The notes under the pieces are model-generated. The model was not told where the DNA came from. It saw nothing but the letters and a program-made list of their open reading frames with translations, and searched no databases. 64,000 nucleotides of DNA from Lama guanicoe. Taxonomy: Eukaryota. Below, piece after piece: positions 1-11,950 of the stretch; the first letter of the stretch is position 1, and each line of letters opens with the position of its first letter. The position numbers and the translations under genes were made by a program. The stretch is from contig MU056991.1 in assembly GCA_013239625.1 (NCBI GenBank), positions 16,747,361 through 16,811,360 on the forward strand, given 5' to 3'.

Positions 1-1531
1 AGTTGGGAATCATATGCCAAAGAAAATTGCAAAGCAATAAAATGGAGACACGAGGAAGTGTGACAGTCTGACAAATGAGCCGTATCTCACTTGTAAGGGG
101 AGGATCCAAAGAATTCATGCAGAATGACTGAGGGCAGAGTCATGACAGGGGAGCACAGAAAACATATCTTCTATTTTAAATTCCTGCCACCTGTTAGACA
201 ATAATTTCAGTTTCTGCTATTTATTAAGACTTTGAAGGCCAAATATTTTGGCAGGTGGTAGGGAGAAGAGGGTGGATTAAGAAAAAAAAAAAGAGTAATC
301 CACACGGAGTCTGTAGAAAACTGTTTTATGATATGTTTCTGGGGGAAGTATAAGAGGAAAATCAAAATTAATAGGCAACTCACTTTTGCTTCCAGACACA
401 GATGAAGGACTGGTACTGGAATAGCCTTCCCACCATAAACAACATAGATCTGTACAAAGTGTAAGAAACAAATGTGTTCTGTGATTAACAAGAGCCAGTG
501 TAAGATAGTGATTCCCAAGAGATGGAAAACAAGGAAAGTGTGTCATCTGTTAGCTCTGGTTTGGGGTCCAGAGCCAGGTTCTGGACCACAGGACTGGGAG
601 GCACAGCCTACATGCAGCACAGCTGTCTTGCTGAGCCTGGGACTGAGATCAGAGCCCAGGGAGGCTGAGAGAGCTAGAATTTGCAGGGCAGAGAACCAGA
701 GGGGAAAGAAAATTGTGGAGAAATCTCCAGAAAATCTGCATCAAAGTCCTCAAAATTGAGGGTGGAACTCCATGAGGCTGGAGAAAAATAACTACTAGGG
801 AAAGACAAGCACCTGGAAGCAATAAGGTGAGCAGATCCTAGAGCACTTACAGGCTGAGAAGAGTTTGAATCTGATCCGTCAGAGTGGAAGGACATCATTA
901 AACATCTGGAGCATTTAGGAGATGCCCCAGGAAAGCCATGCCCTGTGAGGAGGGCCAAACTGGTTACTCGAGGCTTGGTGACCTAATAAAGCTTAATAAC
1001 AAGATTCCAAAGAATCAAGCTAATCCACACACAATTTAGCTGCTGCTGGAACAGAAATTCAACACTTTTCAAAGGAAGACAACAAAATGGAGAATATCGA
1101 CTTTGTAACATTCACGCTGTTCAGAATCGAATCAAATCGAATCCCAGTCACCCCCGATCATCTAAAAGGTCTAACAAATGTGCAAGCTGGGGTCCCAGGA
1201 AAAGAAAATATTTGAAGAAATGATGTTCAGAAAGTTTCCCAACTTGAGGAAAAGTATAAACACACAGGTCCAAGAAGCCTAATGAACTCCAAACAGGAGA
1301 AACACAAAGACAACTACAAAGGGGCACATTGTAATACAATTCTTGAAAACTGATGAGAAAGAGAAACATGTCAAAGGCAGCCAGAGGGGAAAAAAAAGAC
1401 ACATTATGTATCAGGAAACAGAGGTAACAATTACTGTTGACTTTATCAGAAATAGTGCAAACCAAGAAGACAAGGGATGACATTTTTGAAATACTGAAAC
1501 AAAACAAAACTCCTGTTAATCAAGAATGCTA

Positions 1532-1986
1532 TGTATGACTATATATGTCAAAAATGCTATATATGCTATATAATCAAGAATGTATGACTGAAAAATTGTA
1601 CTGAACACTGGAATTTGACACAACACTGTAAAATGATTATGAATCAATAAAAATGTAAAAAAAAAAAAAGAAAGAGAAATGAAGAAAAAAANNNNNNNNN
1701 NNNNNNNNNNNNNNNNNNNNNNNNNNNNNNNNNCATGTATGACTGAAAAATTGTACTGAACACTGGAATTTGACACAACACTGTAAAATGATTATGAATC
1801 AATAAAAATGTAAAAAAAAAAAAAAGAAAGAGAAATGACGAAAATAATTGTGTGTATATTTATACCAAAAAGAATTAAAAAGGAATAAAATTGATAAGTG
1901 AAATAAAAGATCTAAACATAGATCTATATATTACAGATGCAAGAAAAATAAATAAACAAAATAAATAAAAGATATTCTGAAAAAAA
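1532..1986 (+). mobile_element. 5'-truncated young L1 3' end with poly(A), plus ~155 nt of extra sequence and a second A-tract
   Basis: TSD AAGAATGCTA at 1522-1531 and 1987-1996. The terminal sequence (tgactgaa...tggaa.ttgacacaaca.tgtaaa.tga.tat...caat) resembles the L1 3' end at 27545-27620. Confidence 0.8.
1692..1733. other. Assembly gap (other gaps at 5480-5620, 6910-7076, 28472-28642, 61522-61693)
   Basis: Runs of N. Confidence 1.
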
Positions 1987-2429
1987 AAGAATGCTAAATC
2001 AGCAAAAAGGTCTTCAGAAATAAAAATGAAATAGAAATTTTCACACAGACAAAAGCTGAGAGACTTTGTTTTCTAAGTTCTACAAGAAATGTTAAAGGAT
2101 CTTCTTAAGTCTAAGGGAGAAAGTGCTTAGAATCTGAGTTCTACATGAAGGAATTAAGAGCACTAGAAATAGCAAATACCAGGCAAATATTAAAGACTTT
2201 TTTTTTCATTTTCCAATTTCTCCAAATATGGGTGACTGTTTAAAGCAGAGTAAGTAACAATGTAGTGTAGAGTTTAAATAAATGACAATAACATTGCCAA
2301 AGATTGGAGGGGAAAATGGAGAAACACTGCTATAAACTTCTTATGTAACTTGCAAAGTGAATATAACATTATTTGAGAGTAGACCATATGATACATATTT
2401 CATATAAAACATAAACTATATATGATCTT

Positions 2430-2563
2430 AATTTTCTAACAACTGTCTCAATAAAATACTTCATTTCTCAGAAAAAAAGGCAACCCAAATAAATAAAACA
2501 AATACACACTTTTTTACAGCACAGTTCTCTTATTATTGAGCTACTATATAAATGAGTAATAAC

Positions 2564-2595
<32 letters not shown>

Positions 2596-4851
2596 TTTTA
2601 CAAATAATCCTTAAAACATAATGCAATTATGTTTTCTTATGTAACTCCACTAATTTAACAATGTTGGGCTTTAAATTTGTTAAAACAGTTAACATCATCT
2701 TTGCTGTATGTTTTTAAGCAGTGACCATTGCAATATATTTATAGTAACTGTACTTTGTAGTAACTGTGTGATAACTCTGAATCGCTTTCCAACTAAATAA
2801 GGAGTTGGAAATGCTCTAGTAAGTAATTTAGGTTATTTCCAAAGATGTAGGTTTGAAATTCATAACTCTGTAACTGATTAAATTCTTTGTCCCCTGTCCT
2901 TCCTTTCTCAGGTAACTCTGCCTGCAAATGTTGACTGACATGCCCTTTTCTGTTTCAAATAAATAAATCCCATGCAATCACTCCTGAAAATTCACTCAGA
3001 TCTTTACATCTCATCTTTTGGGTTCAGCCATATTAGAGTAATATATTTCCAAATCAATATTATTATCTTTAACCTGATCCAACAGCTGGAAAGAAGAACA
3101 AAGAAAATGCTCAGTGAAAAAGTTTATTAAAAAGAAATTTAGTTTTTTGATAATTTCTATGAAAATTCTTTTCACTTTAATATGATTCATCTCATTCCCT
3201 TGCATCTCAAGGATCACCTCATTAAACTTTGTCAATAACTCTGAAAAATAAATACATCATATTTCAGTCTCTTAATTTTGGCATTGAATTTGTCTAACTT
3301 TTCATTGGTTGGATGAATAACTCTACAACAGTGTGAAATAGTGAACAAAATATTTATAAGCAGTTTCCCCTGGGAGCCATCTCAAATGTAGGACAAAATT
3401 ACTAAGTGTGTCAGATAAATTTTTTAATATCTTTGTCATGCCACAAATTTCTAAATAATCTGTCATTCAAAGGATTCGCCTAAATTTTATTAATTTTAAG
3501 ACTGATAAAAATATTTATTGATTTGTGAAATGTTTCACCAAGATGTTTGTCTACTAATTCTTTATGAAAAATAGGATGGACTGCAAAAACATTATGATAC
3601 TTGTTGTGTATAAAAACTTGTTTGTTAGCAAATCATAGTTGGTCTAATTATAATACAAGCAATGATATTGGAAATGAGATTTTTTTTCTGTTTAATATGT
3701 TTTTAAGAATTTCAACTATTGACATCCTTTTTTTTGTCCTCTATCTGTAAGTTTGACAACAATAGTTTCTTATAACTTTTTCTTTCCTTGCAAATCTTAT
3801 GTATGTGAGCAGAAAATCTTTATTGTCATAAAGGATGCTTCCATACACTTGTCAAAAATTTGCTTGTTGCTGTTCATTACATGGCTAATTTCTCAGTACT
3901 GTTTCCCATCTCATCAGTTCTTTTTGAAATAGTAACATTGCTTAATGAAAAAGTAAAAAGAAAAATCATGTTATTTTTATTCTTTTCCATCACCATTCTA
4001 GTAAATTCTTGTACAGCTAATAAGATTAGCTTTTCTCCAGCATTGTTTAGATTACCACATTTTGCAATCATTTATACTACTGTCTGAGATTTGTTCTTTT
4101 TTTGATTAAAAGACTATTTGTAAACATCCCAGAGACAGGATTACTTGGAAATGTGGCATATCTTGAACAGTGTTATTAGGATGTTTTGTTGCACAATGTT
4201 TCTTTAATCTTAATGATTTTGTTGCTTCATTTGGAAAAATAAAACATAGAATTTGAAGGCACAATGGCAACTTTATGGGCAAAACCATAAGACTCAATTT
4301 AAAGTAGTCAGCGGGATATTGTTGTCACTTTCCTTTATATTTGATGTTTTGAAATAAGACTGAAAGAAATACATTCATTCATATGATCAGAATGGAACAA
4401 CTACTTATACTAACTGACACAAGTGTTTTGTACTAGAAACACGAATCCTATGACCAGAGTTTCTTTTCGTGGTGTCATTTTCCAAATTGTTCAGACATTC
4501 TTTGTAAAGTAACAAAATAGAGTCCCTTCTTGATTTACACAGTAGTTGCATCTTGGGAAAAATTTAACATATATAAAAACTGCTAAATAAATTCTTTAAT
4601 TTATATGTATAAACAAATTAGGGCCAAACTTCAGGTAATTATACCAGTTAAAAAAATTACTCTGCAGAATGTGGAACAAACATTTGTAGTTTGACACTTC
4701 CCTGAACATTGCAAGACATCTAACATACCTGGTCTTTTCTCATTAAATGCTAGAAATGTCTCTAACTTTATCTCAACCAAAACACCACGGCGGAGTTCAG
4801 AAATGTTCCTTAGAGACTTCTTTGGATGACATTGGGGTAAAAGAATAACTG
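2430..4851 (-). mobile_element. hAT-Charlie (Buster/ZBED5-like) DNA transposon fossil with a MER20-like 5' terminus
   Basis: Minus-strand fragments occur in the correct order: PLCLQILCFIFPNEATKSLRLKKHCATKHP (BED-finger-like), IAKCGNLNNAGEKLILLAVQEF...LSNVTISKRTDEM, VFAVHPIFH, LRWL (RWLS motif near 3375) and KFNEVILEMQGNE. 4695-4851 resembles the reverse complement of MER20. Confidence 0.85.
2563..2592. repeat. (AAT)n microsatellite
   Basis: About 10 AAT units, seen directly. Confidence 0.9.
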
Positions 4852-5143
4852 TGAGCTGACTGTGGGCAAACCTTCAGGGCTACAAGCACAAGCTGCACAT
4901 TCAAACACTACCTATAAATGCCCCTCAGAGGGAGTGACGGGCAGCAGAAATCAAGTCTGTGCTCAATCCGGCCTGGAGGAAAGACTTTTAAATAAAAGTG
5001 CCTTTCTCTTGTCAAGCAATGATCCAGAGAAGTCATCTTTTCCTTATTTGTGCAAAGGCACCAGGAAAGTAACTAATATACAACATGGTCAGCAGGATAC
5101 TCCCACATCCACTTAAATACATATGAAAAAGATGCAAGTAAGC

Positions 5144-5145
<2 letters not shown>

Positions 5146-5180
<35 letters not shown>
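5146..5180 (+). repeat. Poly(A) tract, ~35 nt
   Basis: Seen directly. Confidence 0.95.
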
Positions 5181-5181
<1 letters not shown>

Positions 5182-5274
5182 AATTTTAGAAATGGAAAAA
5201 TAATATATCTAATGTTTTCTTTATTTCAACATTATCATAATTGTGGATAAATGTATATTAAAGCATCTGTGTAA

Positions 5275-5666
5275 TTTGCTGCAGCCATATGGAAAACAAT
5301 ATGGGAAGGCCTTAAAAAACTAAAAATAGAATTACCAGATGCTCCAGCGATCCCACTCCTTGGCATAGATCTGGAGAAAACTATCATTTGAAAAGATGCC
5401 TGCACCCCAGTGTTCATAGCAGTACTATTTACAATAGCCAAGACACGGAAGCAATCTAAATGGCCATCGACAGATGACTNNNNNNNNNNNNNNNNNNNNN
5501 NNNNNNNNNNNNNNNNNNNNNNNNNNNNNNNNNNNNNNNNNNNNNNNNNNNNNNNNNNNNNNNNNNNNNNNNNNNNNNNNNNNNNNNNNNNNNNNNNNNN
5601 NNNNNNNNNNNNNNNNNNNNCCGTATGGTATCACTCATATGTGGAATCTAAAAAGAAAAAGAAACT
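5275..5666 (+). mobile_element. L1 ORF2 C-terminal fragment spanning an assembly gap
   Basis: MFIAVLFTIAKTRKQSKWPSTDD matches the L1 ORF2 C-terminus (MFIAALFTIAKTWKQPKCPS). The 'tcactcatatgtggaatct' ORF2-end motif follows the gap. Confidence 0.9.
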
Positions 5667-8509
5667 ATAGGACTACTATGCATTGCTCATCAGGGAGAAG
5701 CCTTGGGAAGGACTGAAGTGTGTAATAGCTTCTAACCCCAGAGAGAGTTGCATTTGAATCTTAACTCTTCTAGTAGATAGTGTGAATTGATCTTCCTAAG
5801 TCCTGATTTCCCCAGTACCTGAAGCCAGTGCCTCAGACATCCTTAAGAAGTCTAGGAACCGAATGAGACTCCAGGTTATCTGGCGCACAAGCAGAACAAA
5901 TGAAAACATCACAGAAGAACCGTGCTGTGATTTTATGAAATGGCTGGGGACTAATTTAATAGCTCACATTCACGCCACTCTAATTTTCATGAGAAAATTA
6001 GAGAACAGGAAAAAAAAAAGGACAGCAACTACAGAGCAGAGCTTTTAAGCTTTTAAAGTGGAATTAACATACTTTTAGTTGTGGTTCCTTAGTGGACTTA
6101 AATTTAATAATGCTTCTTTCTTCTTTTCTTTTCCCCTTGGCTGGGCATGACGTGGAAGGGGATATTCTCCACCGAAGTGAAAGCAGGTCCATAGGTCTGT
6201 ATTTCCTTGTTTGAAAATGCACACACAGAGGTAAAAACCTGATCAATAAATGCATTGCAATGAGTTTCCTTATTAGAATAAGACAGATCATCTCGCTAAT
6301 TGCCTGGCCCCAAGGGGCACCTGGTGCTATTCATCCAACACGGGCACCTGGCAGCTGGCAGCCAGGCTAATGGGGTGATGGCACCAACAGTTGGACCTGG
6401 CCTCTCTCCTTCCCACTGCCCGCACACTTTTGTGTGGTCTGGGGCTGCTTTTATGACACAGACAGATTTTCTTTCAGGAAAATACGGTGAACTGAAAAGT
6501 CCATTGTATCTTCCGTAACCTGGGGAGAGGGGTTTCAAATCTCCTTAGGCTGGAAGCAAGGGTGGCTGAAGGCTTAACAAAGGAAGCCGTTCTAAGCTTG
6601 ATGAGCTGAGAGAAGGGAGACTATTTGAAGCCCTGGAAAAATCCCAGAAGGTGACTTTTCTCCCTTTTAGTAGAAATGTGTGGCTAGACTCGAAGAGCTG
6701 ATTTGATCTGTGTGTTCCTGGCGGGCGCAGGTCTTGAAGGCTGCTACTGTTCACATTTAAGTACCACGTTCACCCCATCGATACCCAGTGGCCTTATGTG
6801 GGACAGGTTTATGCCCAGCGCTAGAATAACCTCTAGAATCACCTAATTAAACATATCATCATGTCGGCTTATGGTGCACATATTTTCTCTCAGAAAAATA
6901 TAATCTAATNNNNNNNNNNNNNNNNNNNNNNNNNNNNNNNNNNNNNNNNNNNNNNNNNNNNNNNNNNNNNNNNNNNNNNNNNNNNNNNNNNNNNNNNNNN
7001 NNNNNNNNNNNNNNNNNNNNNNNNNNNNNNNNNNNNNNNNNNNNNNNNNNNNNNNNNNNNNNNNNNNNNNNNNNNNACATGTTGCAAAGCTTCAACATTT
7101 TAATTAAAAATTCCACCACTGGTACTTTCCCAAGGTTCTAGATCAATTTCCAAACTGTGGAAAAATATCTTGCGCTCCCCACCTCTTGCCACTGGCTCGC
7201 TGCCTCTTCCTCTGCTCTGGAGTGAAATCAGGTAATCCTCACACTTGGAGGGGAGCTCTCTTTGAACCTTTGGGGGGACCCTGGGACATAGTTGATGCTT
7301 TTTGCATGGGAGGCATTAAAATGCCAGACTCCAATTTTTTGTCTCCTGGTGAAGATATCTCTCCATTGAAGAGGCAGACGTCAGTCCCTTTCAAAGGATT
7401 TTTGCAAGTGCAAATTATGGGAACCCAATAGAATTAGCCATATTTCTTTAAATAAATCCCGTCATGGTCCTTCTGAAGAGGGCTGCGGTTCTCTAAGAAG
7501 CCGTAAATTCCGCCTTGAGGAAAGGGTGCACCAAAACCCTCTCCACCCTCATTCTCCAGCAAGTATCCTGTCGGGTGGGTGGGGCGGCTGTGGCAAAGGC
7601 ATGGATTAGGTAATACCCCCCCACCCCGTTAGACTGCAGATGTGTGAACTAGTCTAAAACTTTTATTAGGGCTTTTATTAGACTCCGATGCAGTCCCAGC
7701 CTCTTCACGGTTGCCAACTTAGCCAGTTGCTCACAAGTTATAACAAATTAGGAATACCTAACGCTTAAGCTATTCTTACACTTTGGGGGCAAAATCCCAA
7801 ACAAATCATAGTCTTCCTGGTGCATCCACTCTCAGTCTTAGAAATTGCACTTACAGGCAGAATGACATGTGAGCCAGGGTTTCCTGATGGCTTTGTTAAT
7901 GATGACGTGGTTCAGGTCGCTTAAGCACATAAAACCCAGGCTCCTTTGTCACTTTCTGCCTAGCCACAGAATGCCGTCTTTGATGGCTTTCCCAAGTCAC
8001 TTTTCCCCCTCCCTCTTCTTTTTATTTCACATACACCTTAAGTGACCCTAATACTTCTGTGAGTGCCAGATTGGCTTCTCCGAAGGTTGACTTTGACTTT
8101 TGATCCCCAGAATCAATATAATGATGCAGAAGAGCCCCATCTGCCTTCTGCTTGGGGGAAGAGATGAGGAAGAAGGGGACACCTCTTTTACCCAGGGACT
8201 CATGTCAGCCTGGTCCTTGGCTTCCAAGTTTTTATTACGCGCCAGTAAAATAAGCTTACCAGGCTGTCTAGTTCTTTCATCTGAGAAAGATATTAATCCC
8301 TCCTGTTTAGACTGACTTACACAGGAGAGGATGAGCACAAAGCAGAGGATGCCTTTTCTTGGTGTTAATGGTGTGCATTGACATGTATCTATTCACTAGT
8401 TCTCAAACTTTTTTCCTTTAAAGTTTCAGTCCAGGCACCAAAATGAGATTTCTTTGCACTCATAGCTGCACTGAAACACCAGTCCTTTGAGCAAATGAAA
8501 TGACAAGAC

Positions 8510-8673
8510 ATGAAAATAATTTGTTGAATCACTATAATGTTATATTTAAACTTGTTACAGATATCTTAATGCAATAAGTAAGGCAATGTTTCAGAAAATG
8601 AAAATGATTTGTTGAATCACTGTAACGTTGTATTTAAACTTATCACAAATATCTCGATGCAACATGCAAGGCA
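8510..8673. repeat. Diverged tandem duplication, period 88 bp
   Basis: ATGAAAAT.ATTTGTTGAATCACT.TAA.GTT.TATTTAAACTT...AAGGCA occurs at 8510-8585 and 8598-8673. Confidence 0.9.
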
Positions 8674-8934
8674 TATGTGTAAAGATGATCTACCTTATTC
8701 ACAATGAATATTCAAAGATATTACTCAGTTTACTGTGCCTCATAGGTTTGCCTATTTTTTGTCAGTTTCTGGTTGATTTCCTGCCACAATGGTTACTTCC
8801 TGTGGTAAAGGTTACACATCAGGGAATAGCTTAAGTGTTCTCTGAAAAATTATGCAGATGTTAAATCATTTGCAGCTCAATCCCTTGATGTTAGAGATAA
8901 AATTGAGGCCCAGAAAGAAAAAACATGGTTTACC

Positions 8935-9115
8935 AGAAAAACCTGGGTGCAATTCTGACTCTACCACATCCTAAGTATTTGGCCTCAGGCAAAACGTTTA
9001 GCCTCTCCAGATTCTGTTGCCTCCACTGTGAAAAGGAGGCAATGTTAACAAAGGTTTTGCTGATTAAGTAAATGGCATGTGAAGGGTCTGGCACAGAATA
9101 GGTGCTTGGCAAACC
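8935..9115 (+). mobile_element. MIR SINE
   Basis: MIR core (acctgggtgcaattctgactctacc...ctgtgaaaagg...ctggcacagaataggtgct). Confidence 0.7.
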
Positions 9116-9807
9116 ACTGGCTGCCTTCTCTTTTCCTAAAGTCTTATTGGGTGGTTAAAGGAATATTGGGGGCTGCAACCCAGGATTTCACCTCTCAGTC
9201 CCGGGTTCATTCCATTATACCATGTTGCTTACTGATGAGATCTGTTGGGAAACTCCTTGTCTAGTGAATGTGTTAGGGAGATGGTGTAAATGCAAGGTTG
9301 AGATGTATCACAAATCCTGACCACCGCGATGGCTGAAACTAAGCAACCACTAACTACAGGAGGGGGATTCTTCATAACAGAGAGGAGCTGTTGGTACTTT
9401 TGGGATGCACAGCTGTGAAGTTCCAGAACTACACCACACACAATGTGACAATGTGACAGCTGTGATCAAGCAATAACCATCCCTCCCTTGTCTCCTTCCA
9501 GCCCCGGGCTTGCCTTCCCTAAATAGATTTTGTGTAGCTTTTCATTTGAATGCATTCATTATGCTCTTAGAAATTGACAGTTAATTGAATAAACTCTGAA
9601 TTCTCCTGGAGAGTTATTCTGAAATTATTTCTTCATTTGTCATTCACTTCTTCCTCAAAAAATGTTCTGAGCCTTAGTGTATGCTTAGCACTTGCAAAAC
9701 CCAAGGAAAGCTACAAAGAAGTGTAATACGCAGCCCTTTAAGTATCTTACAAGTTTGGGGATTGTTAACATACTTGAAAACTTAAATAATAAGCCACAGC
9801 AAATAGT

Positions 9808-10400
9808 CATTCATTCCTTCATTCATTCAATATGTATTTATTTAGAGAGAATGCTGACCATGCATAAGGCTTTGGAGCAGGTAAATGTAGCCAAGAAAGA
9901 TGGATAAGATTTGCTTCTAAGTAGCATGCAGTTAGACAAGCAACTGACATTAGATTGTTAATATAATACACTTTAATACCTAGTTTGTAAGATATATTAG
10001 GTAAATTATGCAAATTATGGTGAGAAGATAAGTAGATCTTTTGCATTTGGCAAACCCTCTGTAATTCAGTCAATGAATTAACCCCAGACTGGAGTCTTGG
10101 TGCAGTGTGTGAGAGGCTTCTTTGGAGGAATGATGCGTAGAGGGTGAATAAGAATTAACCAGATTAAGAGAGTGGAAATGCATGCACAGAAGTCCAGAGA
10201 AAGGCAGGACTGTGGTAAGTAGAAGGGACTGAAAGAAAGCGGTGCAGTTAAAACAAGAGGAAGCCTGGGGGAAGGTGAGCCTAGAGGGTGGGTAGAGGTC
10301 TGTCCGGCGAGATAGTGAAGGACTTGCGGGTCTTATGAAAGATCACTGTCTTTGTTCTAAGATCTTTAGAGATCGTGTGAAATTATAACAGAATCATAGT
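9808..10400 (-). mobile_element. L2 LINE 3' fragment
   Basis: Reversed (TCAT)n tail followed by typical antisense L2 sequence. Confidence 0.7.
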
Positions 10401-10544
10401 CTAGAGGGAACCTTGGTTTATCTAGTGCAAACCCTGACTTTCTTCCTGTCACTGTGTCTCTAAGAAGTGAACCTCTGGGCTATGCTGGGGCAAACAAATT
10501 TAGGGATGCAGAACTCAACATCCTAAGACTAATTACAACATCTT

Positions 10545-10830
10545 TTTTTTCCCCTCTTGTATTTCCGAATTAGCCATTTTACAGTGAACAATTCTGTGGC
10601 ACTTAGAACAGTCACAATGCTGTGCAACCACCACCACTGTCTAGTTCCAAGATATCTCTATCACTCTGAAAGAAAACTCTCCAGTCATTCAGTAATTTTG
10701 CCCCATTTCTTCTCTCCCCAGCTCCTGGCAGCAACCAATCTGCATTTTGTCTTTATGGATTTATACATTCTGAGTATTTCATATAAACAGAATCATACAA
10801 CAGGCTCTGCAACCGGCTTCTTTCCCTTGT
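10545..10830 (-). mobile_element. L1 (L1MB-like) 3' UTR
   Basis: 'gtcacaatgctgtgcaaccaccacc...gcaaccaatctgcattttgtctttatggattt...catataaacagaatcatacaa' is the antisense L1MB 3' end. Confidence 0.8.
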
Positions 10831-11563
10831 TGTGTGTGTTATACTCCAGCCCTTCCTATAACTGTATAATGTTCCATACTAATTCCACATTTGAATAACT
10901 TGTTAAAATGTATTTTTATATGAATTTTAAATAAAACTCCTTGTTCTTCCATTGACTGGCCTAGTTTTCTCACACCTTCAGATGAAGGCACAGGAAAGCA
11001 TTTGTCTAAGGAGGTGATTTGTGCACCAATATAATGTGAAATGGGCTCCACTTTGTAAACTTATAATCACTTATGTCTTCTACATCCCAGGTATCAGCCT
11101 ATCCCAAGGGAGGCTTTCCTCTTGTGCTTTTAGGAAACTGGAGGATCATCTTAGTCCTTTCCCAAGTTCATCCCCTTGGCAGCTGACTCTCAGTAGTCTC
11201 TGTCCAGGGTCACCATGGGCCACTGCTTGCTTCGCTGTTCTTCTACCCCCAGATGGGACCACGGTCTGTGATGAGGTGCACGTATCCTCTGCAGCACAGA
11301 AGCCAGTGAAAGCCAGGATTCCATAACAAGCCTCAGATGTTAGCTCGTTCTTCTTCCCTGATATATGCTTTTGCTTTCCATCCCTTGAGAAATCCTGTAT
11401 CTTGAAATTTTCTCAGTATCAATTTCTCCATCTCCTTTCCATGGGGGAAAAATTCACTTCTGAATTTGGTCTTGTGCTAGAAAACTTTTTTCCCCTCACC
11501 AATCCCCCCAGTACAATCCAGAGGACCCAATAACCCAGAGGAAAATGTGTTTCAAAGTCTGAG

Positions 11564-11950
11564 CTGGAGGGCATTATGCTAAGTGAAGTAAGTCAGACAG
11601 AGAAAGACAAATACTGTATGAAACCACTTATATGTGGAATCTAAAAAATGCAACAAATTAGTGAATATAAAAAAAGAAGCAGACTCACAGATGTAGAAAA
11701 CAAACTAGTAGTTACCAGTTGGGAGAGGAAAGGGAGGAGGGGCATTATAGGGGTAGGGGATTAAGAGATACAACTATTAGGTATAAAATAAGCTACAAGG
11801 ATATATTGTTCAAAGTGGAGAATATAGTCGATATTTTATAATTACTATAAATGGAGTACAACCTTTAAAAATTGTGAATCACTGTATTATACACCTGTAA
11901 CTTATATGATATTATACAACTCTATTTTAATTAAAAAAATAGGAAAAAAC
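11564..11950 (+). mobile_element. L1 (L1MA9/artiodactyl-type) 3' end
   Basis: ORF2-end motif 'ggagggcattatgctaagtgaagtaagtcagacagagaaagac', then 3' UTR and A-rich tail. Probable TSD CAAAGTCTGAG (11553-11563) / CAAATTCTGAG (11952-11962). Confidence 0.9.

Larger units (their letters stand above)
375..2400 (+). mobile_element. Old L1 (L1M-type) 5' UTR and degenerate ORF1, interrupted by a younger insertion at 1532-1986
   Basis: 1205-1500 translates with frameshifts to L1 ORF1-like text (IFEEMM..FPNLRKSINTQVQEA..TPNR...GHIVIQFLKTDEKEK..KAARGEK..I.Y). The ORF1 C-terminal part (..FSHRQKLRDF) resumes after 1997. Confidence 0.85.

Noticed and set aside
1579-1845. Apparent tandem duplication of the L1 3' end and poly(A)
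   Set aside because: Near-identical ~110-nt copies lie on either side of a 42-N gap, typical of an unmerged contig overlap rather than biology.
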